Part shown: piece after piece, positions 21,926-35,400 of the stretch
Layout: each line of letters opens with the position of its first letter
Position numbering within the stretch: the first letter of the stretch is position 1
From: Macrostomum lignano
Taxonomy: Eukaryota
Assembly: GCA_002269645.1 (NCBI GenBank)
Contig: NIVC01000236.1
Span: 248,001-312,000, forward strand
Reading direction: 5' to 3'
DNA length: 64,000 nucleotides
Translations under genes and position numbers: made by a program
The notes under the pieces: generated by a model
Database searches by the model: none
The model's input: only the letters and a program-made list of their open reading frames with translations
Told to the model about the DNA's origin: nothing

Positions 21926-22640
21926 GAAATAAGCAGGCAGGCCAAGTGCATCTTCAGTGAATTTCACCGCCTGACCACTGAAGAGTGGTGGCTGGCACAA
22001 TGGCGGTCCAGCTGCACTGAGTGGAGGCTGGGAAACGCCAGCGGTGAGGAAGGAAGAAAAAGAGAGTCAAGCGGGCCCCCTCTCTCATTTCCTGCTGGGA
22101 AATTTCAGCAAACAATGAGCCCTCTGAGCCTCTAGTTGGACAGCGCATTGTGATGCCAGAGCACACAAGGCTGCTTGGATTATAAGATTTTCGGGGCCAG
22201 ATCCTTGGAGTCTGTCTTTGAGTCCCAACGAGGGGGAGGCGCGCGCCGGAGGCCGAGCAGCTGCAGGCCCGCAGTGTGACAGAAGAAATTGGTGAAGGCG
22301 GAAACTCCAAAGTATAAAATTAGAAGTTTTTCGGGCATCCCGCAAACCCAAGTAGATTTTATAATAAACAGCATCTGGGCAGCTGCTGGCCAATAGAAAG
22401 CAGGGGGCTCTGACAGCCCCAGCCGTATTTTACCCACTCTCTGGCCTACTCAGCCAGACTCCATCATTGCTGCTCACAGCTCCCGTCTGTCTGCTTTGGA
22501 CATCTTTCTGTTGGTTTCCTCCGGTTCGTAAAGGTGAAGAAGATTGTGCTTTGTTCATACTGCTGCTTCTGTAAGCAATTCGATAGTCTACTGATCTCCG
22601 CATGACGCTCGGCATGGTGAGCATGGTTTGATTTCCAAAT

Positions 22641-23767
22641 CCCGATCCCAATCCCGATCTCAATCCCGATCCTGATCCCTTTCCCGATCCCGATCCTAAT
22701 CCCGATCTCAATCCCGATCCCGATCCCGATCCCGATCCCAATCCTGATCCCAATCCCGATCCCAATCCCGATCCCGATCCCGATCCCAATCCCGATCTCA
22801 ATCCCGATCCCGATCCCGATCCCGATCCCGATCCCGATCCCGATCCCAATCCCGATCCCGATCTCGATCCCAATCCCGATCTCAATCGCGATCCCGATCC
22901 CGATCCCAATCCCGATCCCGATCTCGATCCCAATCCCGATCCCGATCCCGATCCCGATCCCGATCTCGATCCCGATCCCGATCTCGATCCCAATCCCGAT
23001 CCCGATCCCGATCCCGATCCCAATCCCGATCCCGATCCCGATCTCGATCCCAATCCCGATCCCGATCCCAATCCCGATCTCGATCCCAATCCCGATCCCA
23101 ATCCCAATCCCGATCCCAATCCCGATCCCGATCCCGATCCCGATCCCAATCCCGATCCCAATCCCGATCCCGATCCCGATCCCGATCTCAATCCCGATCC
23201 CGATCCCGATCCCGATCCCGATCCCGATCCCGATCCCAATCCCGATCCCGATCTCGATCCCAATCCCGATCTCAATCGCGATCCCGATCCCGATCCCGAT
23301 CCCAATCCCGATCCCAATCCCAATCCCGATCTCGATCCCGATCCCAATCCCGATCCCAATCCCAATCCCGATCTCGATCCCGATCCCAATCCCGATCTCA
23401 ATCCCAATCCCGATCCCGATCCCAATCCCGATCCCAATCCCAATCCCGATCTCGATCCCAATCCCAATCCCAATCCCGATCCCAATCCCGATCCCAATCC
23501 CAATCCCAATCCCAATCCCGATCCCAATCCCAATCCCGATCCCGATCCCGATCTCAATCCCGATCCCGATCCCGATCCCGATCCCGATCCCGATCCCGAT
23601 CCCGATCCCAATCCCGATCCCGATCTCGATCCCAATCCCGATCTCAATCGCGATCCCGATCCCGATCCCAATCCCGATCCCAATCCCAATCGGGATCTCG
23701 ATCCCAATCCCGATCCCGATCCCGATCCCGATCCCGATCCCAATCCCGATCCCGATCCCGATCCCAA
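22641..23767. repeat. (CCCGAT)n/(CCCAAT)n hexamer array
   Basis: Seen directly. Confidence 0.96.
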
Positions 23768-24435
23768 TACTAACCCATGTGATATTCAGGCTCCAACTCA
23801 TTCACTAATCAATACTTGTTCTCTCGTCATTGCAGTTGAGTTCTTAAAAATCGCGGCACCAATTTGCTGCAGACCTTTCTATAGGGGAATCACGGGATCA
23901 CCTGTTGCCGCTCCCACGCAGGCCCCCCACTCCGTACAAGGCCGCCCCTAAAAAAATTCAAATTGCTTGAACTTTTGTTAAAGAAAAATGAATGCTTTTT
24001 TAAATCATGCCGCTCAGCTTTGACTGGGGAAAATTTCCTCAATCAGCAAAATTTGCCGCTGCTCGCGGGGCTTTGAGTGGCATAATTGAAGCTTCAATGA
24101 GAAAAGATGAGGCAGAAAGCTAAAAGCGGAGGTGACGGCTCTCCTTCAAGAAGGAAAGAAGAAGATCTTTTGCTTGGAGCCGTCTGTGCTAAAAAAGGGC
24201 GTCGCCCCGCCGTCTGCTTGTGGCAGGAGAGGCAATTCACGACTCCGCCTTCCCGACATCGCCATGGCGCAGAGCTGGGGCGGCGGTCGGAATGAGTTTC
24301 CCGCCCCCCCCCCCCAGAGTCCTCCGGCGAAAACCGGAGTGTGCGCCAGAGAAATGTGATTAACATGGCGGGTGATTAATCGGCTTGCGGCCTCTGCAGA
24401 GGTCCCTGCTCACTGCTGCCACACAGCGGGCTGGG

Positions 24436-24850
24436 AGAGAGGGCAGAGTGAGGGAGAGAGGATGAGATAGGAGAGGGGTGAGATAGGAGAGGGGTGAGAT
24501 AGGAGAGGGGTGAAATAGGAGAGGGATGAGATAGGAGAGGGGTGAGATAGGAGATGGGTGAGATAGGAGAGGGGTGAGGTAAGAGAGGAGTGAGATAGGA
24601 GAGGAGTGAGATAAGAGAGGGGTGAGATAGGAGAGGGGTGAGGTAAGAGAGGAGTGAGATAGGAGAGGGGTGAGGTAAGAGAGGAGTGAGATAGGAGAGG
24701 GGTGAGGTAAGAGAGGGGTGAGGTAAGAGAGGGGTGAGATAGGAGAGGGGTGAGATTGGAGTGATAGAAGAGGTGCTGGGATTAGAGTGATGGAGGGTGT
24801 GATATAGGAGAGCGACATGAAGGGTAAGATAGGAGATAGGAGAGAGGGAG
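24436..24850. repeat. Purine-rich 16-bp repeat (GAGATAGGAGAGGGGT)n
   Basis: Seen directly. Confidence 0.9.
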
Positions 24851-25237
24851 GGGAACTTAAGGTGAGGGAGGACAGCGGGGAGAGAGACGCGGGGAAGCGC
24901 TGTCTTCACTAGCTCGACATCAAATCTCGTAATAGAAGAATTGGAATGAGCGACAGGCAGGAGACAGGTGGAAGATGAGCGCACGGCCTTGGTGTGTCGG
25001 CATGAAAGTGCAAGCGACAGGCAGGCATCCGGGGTCGGGCAGTCCAGCTGACAGGCTGAGGCATCTTCAAACTTCGAGAAACACAGAATCGCAAGTTGTC
25101 AATCAGTCAGATCTGCTGTGTCACGCGAGACTGGGAGGCTGCATTGAAAGCTGCGGTTTTCAAGCCGACTGATGCGAAACAGAAAACATTCTAGCTTTTG
25201 GCTTGCCTGCTTTCGCTTTTTTTGTTAGTCTACTAAA

Positions 25238-25518
25238 TGGCTCTCTCATGCTCATTGCTCATGCTGGATGGTTCTCTCATGCTCATTGCTCATGCTAGAA
25301 GGTTCTCTCATGCTCATTGCTCATGCTGGATGGTTCTCTCATGCTCATTGCTCATGCTAGAAGGTTCTCTCATGCTCATTGCTCATGCTAGAAGGTTCTC
25401 TCATGCTCATTGCTCATGCTAGAAGGTTCTCTCATGCTCATTGCTCATGCTAGATGGTTCTCTCATGCTCATTGCTCATGCTAGATGGTTCTCTCATGCT
25501 CATTGCTCATGCTAGATG
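25238..25518. repeat. 31-bp minisatellite (TCTCTCATGCTCATTGCTCATGCTAGAAGGT)n
   Basis: Seen directly. Confidence 0.93.
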
Positions 25519-25699
25519 GTTCAGCCGACTGACTGCTGCCCCATCACAGCGGGGTAAATTGGAGCTCAGCTTCCTTTTCTACTCTTTTACTGTTGCTGCC
25601 AAGTCTAGTTGCTGTGCACTAACCGCAGCCGTTTCTGCTCAACTTGTAGTGCTGGCTGTGTGTGTATTCAATAACCTTCTTGGGCTAGCGATCCGTTTG

Positions 25700-26415
25700 A
25701 TGCTATCCTCCGGGTGTCTGATGCTACCCTCCGGGTGTCTGATGCTACCCTCCGGATGTCCCTGATGCTACCCTCTGGAATTCCCTGATGCTACCCTCCG
25801 GATGTCCCTGATGCTACCCTCCGGATGTCCCTGATGCTACCCTCCGGATGTCCCTGATGCTACCCTCCGGATGTCCCTGATGCTACCCTCCGGATGTCCC
25901 TGATGCTACCCTCTGGAATTCCCTGATGCTACCCTCCGGATGTCCCTGATGCTACCCTCTGGAATTCCCTGATGCTACGCTCCGGATGTCCCTGATGCTA
26001 CCCTCTGGATGTCCCTGATGCTACCCTCCGGATGTCCCTGATGCTACCCTCCGGATGTCCCTGATGCTACCCTCCGGATGTCCCTGATGCTACCCTCCGG
26101 ATGTCCCTGATGCTACCCTCCGGATGTCCCTGATGCTACCCTCCGGATGTCCCTGATGCTACCCTCTGGAATTCCCTGATGCTACCCTCCGGATGTCCCT
26201 GATGCTACCCTCTGGAATTCCCTGATGCTACCCTCCGGATGTCCCTGATGCTACCCTCTGGAATTCCCTGATGCTACGCTCCGGATGTCCCTGATGCTAC
26301 CCTCCGGATGTCCCTGATGCTACCGTCCGGATGTCCCTGATGCTACCCTCCGGATGTCCCTGATGCTATCCTCCGGATGTCCCTGATGCTACCCTCCGGA
26401 TGTCCCTGATGCTAC
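25700..26415. repeat. 23-bp minisatellite (GATGCTACCCTCCGGATGTCCCT)n
   Basis: Seen directly; ends about 45 bp before the acceptor at 26460-26461. Confidence 0.95.
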
Positions 26416-26480
26416 CTTTACGTCCGGTTTCTGAGCTAATTAGTCACCCCTGCAACTCCAGGCCGCGAGCCCTCGTTGCC

Positions 26481-29400
26481 ATGGAGAATCCCGGCTGGTC
26501 GGGCAGCCCGCTGGCTCAGAAATCCTCGGCCGGCGGGCAGCTGCCGCAGCGCAAGCCGGCAGCGCCTGAACTCGTCACCCCGGGCGTTGTGGTTCACCCG
26601 GCCGAGGCCGGCACCCCGGCCACCCTCGTCCACAAGGGCAGCCGAGTGCTGATGCTGCGGGCGAGGGCCGGACAGACCGCCTTCCCGATGTCCAGCCTGC
26701 AGGCGGCGACCGGCGGCGGCGGCGGTGGCGGCAGCGGCGGCGGCCCGTCCACGTCCGGGACGTCCGGACAGCAGCCGCACCACTCGCTGCAGCCGCTGCC
26801 GCTCAAGTCGGTGGCAGGCGACTACGTCAGGTGGGTTGTTCTTTGTTTAAATCGGCGCGGAGTTTTTAGTTCGATAACACAAAACAAAAACAAGAACTGA
26901 CATTGAAAGGTGCATGTGAACTTGAACTTACCTCAGTACCTGGTAGACGTCCTACCAGAGTCCCTCGCCTTGAACTTTCCATCCAGAGAGAAGCGAGCTG
27001 ACAAGCAATACGGCAAAGCTAGAAAGAAATTACGTCGGATGTACTTTCAGAGAAAAGCCGACTGTTCTAAGGTCTGCAGACTTTCTGGCCATAGAATCAC
27101 GCGGCAACCTCGTGGGCATTCTGCCTCCTATGTACATTTAAACGGACGCTTGTCGTCAGAAAATCTACAAACGTCAGAACACGATCTTTCCCTTAAAAGT
27201 ACATGTGGCTCAACTTAATGATCGTTATGCCGTGTTGTTTGCCTGCTCTCTGATCCTCTCTGCTCCCACAGTTTTAAGCTGAAAGCTATGGCCGGGAGCT
27301 AGTCAAGTAGACTATGGCCGGGAGGCTAGTCAGGTAGTCTATGGCTGGGAGGCTAGTGAGGTAGTCTAAGGCCGGGAGGCAAGTCAGGTAGTCTAAGGCC
27401 GGGAGGCTAGTCAGGTAGTCTATGGCTGGGAGGCTAGTGAGGTAGTCTATGGCTGGGAGGCTAGTGAGGTAGTCTAAGGCCGGGAGGCTAGTCAGGTAGT
27501 CTATGGCCGGGAGGCTAGTCGGGTAGTCTATGGCCGGGAGGCTAGTCGGGTAGTCTAAGGCCGGGAGGCTAGTCGGGTAGTCTATGGCCGGGAGGCTAGT
27601 CGGGTAGTCTATGGCCGGGAGGCTAGTCAGGTAGTCTATGGCCGGGAGGCTAGTCAGGTAGTCTATGGCCGGGAGGCTAGTCAGGTAGTCTATGGCCGGG
27701 AGGCTAGTCAAGTAGTCTATGGCCGGAAGGCTAGTCAGGTAGTCTAAGGCCGGGAGGCTAGTCAGGTAGTCTAAGGCCGGGAGGCTAGTCAGGTAGTCTA
27801 TGGCCGGGAGGCTAGTCAGGTAGTCTAAGGCCGGGAGGCTAGTCAGGTAGTCTATGGCCGCGAGGCTAGTCAGGTAGTCTATGGCCGGGAGGCTAGTCAG
27901 GTAGTCTATAGCCGGAAGGCTAGTCAGGTAGTCTAAGGCCGGGAGGCTAGTCAGGTAGTCTATGGCCGGGAGGCTAGTCGGGTAGTCTAAGGCCGGGAGG
28001 CTAGTCAGGTAGTCTATGGCCGGAAGGCTAGTCAGGTAGTCTAAGGCCGGGAGGCTAGTCAGGTAGTCTATGGCCGGGAGGCTAGTCGGGTAGTCTAAGG
28101 CCGGGAGGCTAGTCAGGTAGTCTATGGCCGGAAGGCTAGTCAGGTAGTCTAAGGCCGGGAGGCTAGTCAGGTAGTCTATGGCCAAAAGTTAAAAAGTGAG
28201 AATCCTAAATGAAAAGCGCTATTTTGAGCTAATTTTGGGCTGTAGTAGCTGGACCAAAGGAGACGCAACAGAGATTTCATGCAATCTTAAGGCTCTGGAA
28301 TGCTTTCTTGTCTGCTACCGCACAGTTTTAATAGAAGTGTAACAACGCCAACTAATAAAATAATTTTACCTCCCTCAATCAATGTCACCTCCAATCAATG
28401 TTAATTTACATTTGCAATTTACAATCAGCTAATTGCTTTATTGCTCGCTAATCATGACGCCCGGCTACTCAGCCAGACTGTGACCCTGTGAGAACAATTA
28501 CCTGATTGCAGCCCATTGTACTGTACCGCCTGTGAGCGGCACGTTGGCCGGCTCTTTGCTTTGTCAAATAACTAAACTGCCCCGTATGCATTCCCAGGCC
28601 AGATGTCTGGATCAGCAGCCAGCCCACAGAATGGCCACAGCAGCCTCAGCGCAGGTGACTCGGGGTTTCATTGCATTGTAAATAAAGCTGCAATTGTCTC
28701 CAGTGTGGGAACTGCTGAGGCAGGTGTTTGACAGGGAGAGACAGGAAGAGACAGGGAAAGACAGGGAGAGATAAGGGAGAGACAGGGAGAGACAAGGGAG
28801 AGACAGGGAGAGTCACGGACAGATAGGGACAAACAGAGACAGACAGGGACAGACAGGGACAGACAGGGACAGACAGTAAGAGACACAGACAGACGGGGAG
28901 AGACACAGACAAACAGAGACAGGCAGAGACAGGCAAGACAGACTGGGACAGGCAACAGACAGGGACAGACAGGGACAGGGACAGACAGGGACAGGCAGGG
29001 ACAGACAGGGACAGACAGGGACAGACAGGGACAGACAGGGACAGACAGGGACAGACAGGGGCAGACAGGGACAGACAGGGACAGACAGGGACAGGCAGGG
29101 ACAGACAGGGACAGGCAGGGACAGACAGGGACAGACAGGGACAGACAGGGACAGACAGGGACAGACAGGGACAGGCAGGGACAGACAGGGACAGGCAGGG
29201 ACAGACAGGGACAGACAGGGACAGGGACAGACAGGGACAGGCAGGGACAGACAGGGACAGACAGGGACAGACAGGGACAGACAGGGACAGACAGGGGCAG
29301 ACAGGGACAGACAGGGACAGACAGGGACAGGCAGGGACAGACAGGGACAGGCAGGGACAGACAGGGACAGACAGGGACAGACAGGGACAGACAGGGACAG

Positions 29401-32400
29401 GCAGGGACAGACAGGGACAGGCAGGGACAGACAGGGACAGACAGGGACAGACAGGGACAGGCGGATTCAGCACTCAGAGGCCAGTCTGCACGCATGCATC
29501 AAACGCCCAATCGCTCAGTTTGACTCCCCCGCCGACTTCAGAGGTGCCAACTTCTTCGTCCGAGACGAGTCCCCCATGCCGGACTCGGGGCCTCGTCTGC
29601 AGCACCAGCGCCAGCGGGATCGTCGAGACGACAGCGAAGACAGCGGCAGCGACGGTCAAAGCGAAGGCGACCCGAAGGCGTCATCGTCAGAGGCGGCTGC
29701 TCTAGCAGCGGCGGCCGCGGTGGTGGGTGGTTCGATGCAGTCGGATGAGCACGAGAATGTCCTGGCGCAGGCGCAGTACCAGGCCAGACAGACTTTTCCC
29801 AGGTAGGAGCGACTAGGTAAATCATTGAGTGACTGACTGACTGACTGACTGACTGACTGACTGACTGACTGACTGACTGACTGACTGACTGACTGACTGA
29901 CTGACTGACTGACTGACTGACTGACTGACTGACTGACTGACTGACTGACTGACTGACTGACTGACTGACTGACTGACTGACTGACTGACTGACTGACTGA
30001 CTGACTGAATTATTGAGTGAGTGAGTGAGTGAGTGAGTGAGTGAGTGAGTGAGTGAGTGAGTGAGTGAGTGAGTGAGTGAGTGAGTGAGTGAATCCAAAA
30101 TGAAGCCAAAATAAAATGAGATCAGAGCACTGATCGTGGAATCCACTGCAAAAAGAGCCAAAACTTCGGCATTTCAGGTTCGTGATTCTCCACTACTCTC
30201 CGTTCAAAGCAGTGTGGGACTGGGTGATCCTCATGCTGGTGCTGTACACCGCGGTGTTCACTCCGTACACGGCGGCATTCTTGCTCAACGAGGACAAGAC
30301 CAAGATGAAACTGAATGAGGTGCGGGTTTTGAATTGAAAGATTTCAGTTTCAGATAGTGTAGATAGCGGATAGATCAGTCCTAGACAGCTGATAGATCAG
30401 TTCTAGACAGCTGATAGATCAGTCCCAGACAGCTGATAGATCAGTCCCAGACAGCTGATAGATCAGTCCCAGACAGCTGATAGATCAGTCCCAGACAGCT
30501 GATAGATCAGTCCCAGACAGCTGATGGATCAGTCCCAGACAGCTGATGGATCAGTCCCAGACAGCTGATGGATCAGTCCCAGACAGCTGATAGATCAGTC
30601 CCAGACAGCTGATGGATCAGTCCCAGACAGCTGATGGATCAGTCCCAGACAGCTGATAGATCAGTCCCAGACAGCTGATAGATCAGTCCTCAGTCCCAGA
30701 CAGCTGATAGATCAGTCCCAGACAGCTGATGGATCAGTCCCAGACAGCTGATAGATCAGTCCCAGACAGCTGATGGATCAGTCCCAGACAGCTTATAGAT
30801 CAGTCCCAGACAGCTGATAGATCAGTCCCAGACAGCTGATAAATCAGTCCCAGACAGCTGATCAACCCAACCCACTTCCAGGACTCGAAGACTCGCTCCT
30901 CCGTGTCGCAGTCAAACCACCCGGATCCTCTGGTGATCATTGATCTCATCGTGGACGTCACCTTCATCGCGGACATCCTCATCAACTTCAGGACAACCTA
31001 CGTGCACAATGGCGAGGTGATCAGCGACCCGCAGAAGATCGCCCTGAACTACATGAAAGGTGAGCTGACGGTCGGGGGTTCGAATTTCTCGAACAGAAAC
31101 AGCTGGTCCTGAGGGAATGAAATGTTGCACTGGAAAGCTGCGTGTTTTGAGCTTTGCTTGAAAATTGTCTTCTTCTGCTGCCCCCTTCTGCCCCCCCCGG
31201 GTTTCTCTCTCGCAGCCCAAAAGAAACACGAGCGCGGGCAGGAGAGCTGAGGCAGCGCCGGTCATCGACCCGGCCATCGACCCGGCCATCGACCCGGCCG
31301 ATTTGTAGTAGAAAACGGGCGCTGCTGCGAAACTCCTCCCCAACAGCTTCGCTCGCTTCAGTCCCGTCCCCTGCGGGCGCGAACTGCAAACGACTCCAGG
31401 GGGGGGGGGGGATTGTGAGCTGGTGAGGGAGCTTGCAGTCTTTTTTTCTACCTTTGTTTCTTCACGTGCCAGCCTGGCTCAGTGAATAGGATGCTAAGCT
31501 CGAGAGTCTGATGAGATGAGGCTGAAGGCCGCAAGGTGGTGCTGATGGGGCGGCTGCCCCCCGAGGCCTCGAATCGGCTTGAAAGGCGAGTTTTCGGGTG
31601 AGAGGGCGAGAGAGCGGAGTAGCCGGGCTTGCTGCAGCTGGGCTCCCCACCTGCATCCCCAACTAGTCTGGCGCGTGCCGAAGCAGGGCCAGAGTGATGC
31701 CGAGCGGAGGCTGGGAACCTTAGATGCAGGCATAAGCCCAGCCAGCCCTAGCGGCTCAGCTTCCTCACCTCCCCATCAAGCTGGCAAAGCTCGCGGGCCG
31801 CCCCCGCCCAGCTGTGTAAAGCTTGGGACGGAAGGCGCTCATTAGGAAGCTGCTCAACGAGGGTGAGGCGATAAAGGCGCCTCATCCGCCCAGCTTCCTG
31901 CGGCCTTCTTTCATTGGCGTCCCCAAATTTATTTTTATTTAAACGACGCAAAAAAAGAGTGCGCGGTGGAAAGGCGGCTGCATTTTCGTGGCGCGAGGTC
32001 TCGCAATCGAATCCCGACTCTCGGGGAGGGGGGGTGAAGCAGCAGAAGCTGCGGGCAGACCGGCCGGGGCTTTGAGCCTCCTTTGTCCTGATGTAGCGGC
32101 TTTGTGAGATCAGCCGGGAGAAACGAGCGGCGTCTTCTTAGAGCGCCCCGCCTGTTAAACGCGGAAGAGAAACAAAATACGACTCTGCCTCAGCATGCGA
32201 AAATATGTAGCAACACTTTTGCAAATGCGGAACTCAGCGTATCTTTGATTCAGTTTTTAATCAGCCTCTCTGATCCCTCTCCATCTCTGATGCCCCCTAT
32301 CTCTGATTCCTCTCCATCTCTGATCCCTCCCCATCTCAGACCCCTCCCATCCCTCAGATCCCTCTCCATCCGCCTGATTCTTCTCCATCCCCTGATCCCT

Positions 32401-35400
32401 CCCCATCCTTCTGATCCCTCCCCATCCTTCTGATCCCTCCCCACCCCTCACCATCCTCTGATCCCTCCCCATCCCTCAGATCCCTCCCCATCCCTCTGAT
32501 CCCTCCCCATCCCTCAGATCCCTCCCCATCCCTCCCCATCCCTCTGATCCCTCCCCATCCCTCAGATCCCTCCCCATCAGATCCCTCCCCACCCCTCCCC
32601 ATCCCTCTGATCCCTCCCCATCCCTCAGATCCCTCCCCATCTTTCAGATCCCTTCCCATCCCTCTGATCCCTCCCCATCCCACAGATCCCTCCCCATCAG
32701 ATCCCTCCCCATCAGATCCCTCCCCATCCCTCAGGTCCCTCCCCATCCCTCAGATCCCTCCCCATCCCTCAGATCCCTCCCCATCCCTCAGGTCCCTCCC
32801 CATCCCTCAGATCCCTCCCCATCCCTCAGATCCCTCCCCATCCCTCAGATCCCTCCCCATCCCTCAGATCCCCCCCATCCCTCAGATCCCTCCCCATCAG
32901 ATCCCTCACCATCTCCTTAATCATTCGGTCCCCGATGCCTCCTCAAACTCATTATTCCAACCTTCTATCTGGCCAAACTGCACTGAACCCGGAGCATGAG
33001 AGAGTCGGCACGCTATGCAGATGCTCAGTGCTCTGAATTGCTTTGTGCAAGCTCTCTCTCTCTCTCTCTTTCTCTCACTCACTCAGATCTCTTTTCCCTC
33101 TGGCCAGCAACAGAGGGGGGCGGGCGGCGAGTTCGGTCCGACCCGATTATCAGCTAATTGACTGGAGCGGCCAACCCCCCGCTGCGCTGATCAATATTGG
33201 CGCCTCAGGATGACTTCATATGAAAACTGTTGTTGGCGCCGGGCCAGAAGTATTCAAACTGCAGCCCCCTCCAGCCTGGTTTGAAGCTCACCACTCCCTC
33301 TCCCCTTCCTCCTAGTCGGTTAGAACCCATTTTGAGCTGAGCAAATCCCCCCTGCCGAGCTCTCGGAGTTCGTTTCGCACTTCTCCCCGCCCTCGGTAAT
33401 CCCGAGCTGCGGAGAGGCGGCATGACGGGCCTCCTGAGCCTCTCCAGAGTTTAGAGATGGGGGATTTGTCAGGGGATAAACTTTGCCAGGTTCGAGTCAA
33501 AGAAGGGAAGAGTGCTCCTTGGGGTGAGGGGTGGAGGCTGAGCCAGGCCTCTTCAAGAAGAAACTTTCTATTATTTTCAAGCAACGCGGGCCGCAGCAGC
33601 GCATTTCGGATCCACAGTAACAGTGCAATCGCGCTGCAGCCAGCTGAGGGCTCAGCCGAAACAATGCTGAGGGGGCTTCCAACTCAGCCCCGATCCCCAA
33701 TTACCTGCGTGAGAAGTAAATCGCTTTGAGTAATTAAAGCATTAGTGTGAACTGTATATGAAAGCAGGTGTGCTGCAGGGTGTTCAACAACACGGCAGAG
33801 CCAGCAGATGAGTGCCTGCAGTCCTTAATGATGCCCGCAGCCAGTGGAAAGTGAGCCAGGGAGGGGGGGGCCGCAGTCCAATGGTCATCGAGTGTCGCGC
33901 CACTCATTAGCAGCTCCTGCAGGCTGACAGACAGACAGGGCGCCTGCGACAAGAGTCCTCCCTGTGCTACATCACACAGGGAAAAGTTTCCCTGCAGTGG
34001 GAGCTATGCCCTCACTTCCCTTCCCCAATTAATCCGGTGTGAGTTTCGCTCCCCTCTCTCCCACGCCCGGTTGCTAGGCGCGAGGCGGAAACGAAGTTAA
34101 GCCTGGGTTTGGCCTCGGAGGTGGGAAATTCAGATGAGGAGAAATTTAATTTAGCGGATGTAAAATAACCAGAATGTCCCCTTGAAAAAGTGTAGGTAAA
34201 ATGCAGCACTGCGGGATAATTGGAGCTGCGGATCCTAGCCGGGGGCTGCTCTTGGGCACAGGGGGGGGGGAGAGTTGGAAGTCGGTCGGCCGGTCCTTTG
34301 CCTCTGGTTCCTCCAGGGCCGGCGCACAGAGGCAGCATGGCGCCCGTGGCCATTAGGAGGAAGAGGGCGAACTGCGGGACAAATGGCAACCAAAGTCCTC
34401 ACAGGTGGAGAAGTGGAGGAACCCCCAGGGGATTTGAGTTACCTTTTGCCGCTCTGCCTCTCCCTGCAAACTCGAAGCCTTGAGACAAGAAGGACGGGGG
34501 GCAGAGTGCGACGTTTGCCCGGAGATCAAGGGGGCGGGGCAATCAGGGCCGGGCGCACTCAGCTCAGTTTTAACTAGAGATGCTGTTTTCAGCTGGAAAA
34601 GAAAAAGCTCCCCATAGCGGGAAGCTATTAATCAAGGCGAAGTTCACCTTTTTGGGACAGAGGAGTCCTGTGTTCGATTACCAAGGAAGATGAGAAAGGC
34701 TGGAGCTGCAGCTAAAGCTGGAGATGAGGCTCAAGTTGAGGATGAAGCAGAAGCTGGGGATGAGGCTCAAGTTGAAGATGAAGCAGGAGCTGGGGATGAG
34801 GCTCAAGTTTGGGATGAAGCTGGAGCTGGTTATGAAGCAGGAGCTGGGGATGAGGCTCAAGTTGAGGATGAAGCAGAAGCTGGGGATGAGGCTCAAGTTG
34901 AGGATGAAGCAGAAGCTGGAGATGAGGCTCAAGTTGAGGATGAAGCAGAAGCTGGGGATAAGGCTCAAGTTGAGGATGAAGCAGGAGCTGGGGATGAGGC
35001 TCAAGTTGAAGATGAAGCAGGAGCTGGGGATGAGGCTCAAGTTGAGGATGAAGCAGGAGCTGGGGATGAGGCTCAAGTTGAAGATGAAGCAGGAGCTGGT
35101 TATGAAGCAGGAGCTGGGGATGAGGCTCAAGTTGAAGATGAAGCAGGAGCTCGTTATGAAGCAGGAGCTGGGGATAAGGCTCAAGTAGGAGATGAGGCTG
35201 GAGCTGAGGATAAGACTGGAGCTGAGGATAAAGGCTGAAGCTGGGGATGAGGCTGGAGCTGGGGCTGATGGCACCTGGTGTCCCATTTCCAGGCTGGTTC
35301 CTCTTGGACGCCATCGCCGCCATCCCATTCGACCTGCTGCTATTCGGCAGCGGCGGCGCCACGGACACGATGACCATCACCGGGGTGCTCAAGACCGCCC

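Noticed and set aside
27286-28185. (AIDYLTSLP)n ORF and similar repeat ORFs at 50569-50898, 51805-52575 and 61563-61967 as possible polypeptide precursors
   Set aside because: No signal peptide, no dibasic or Gly processing sites, and they lie inside introns or between genes as minisatellites.
22445-28480. 15-bp match CTACTCAGCCAGACT at 22445 and 28466
   Set aside because: The flanks do not align, so it cannot support a repeat family or element boundary.
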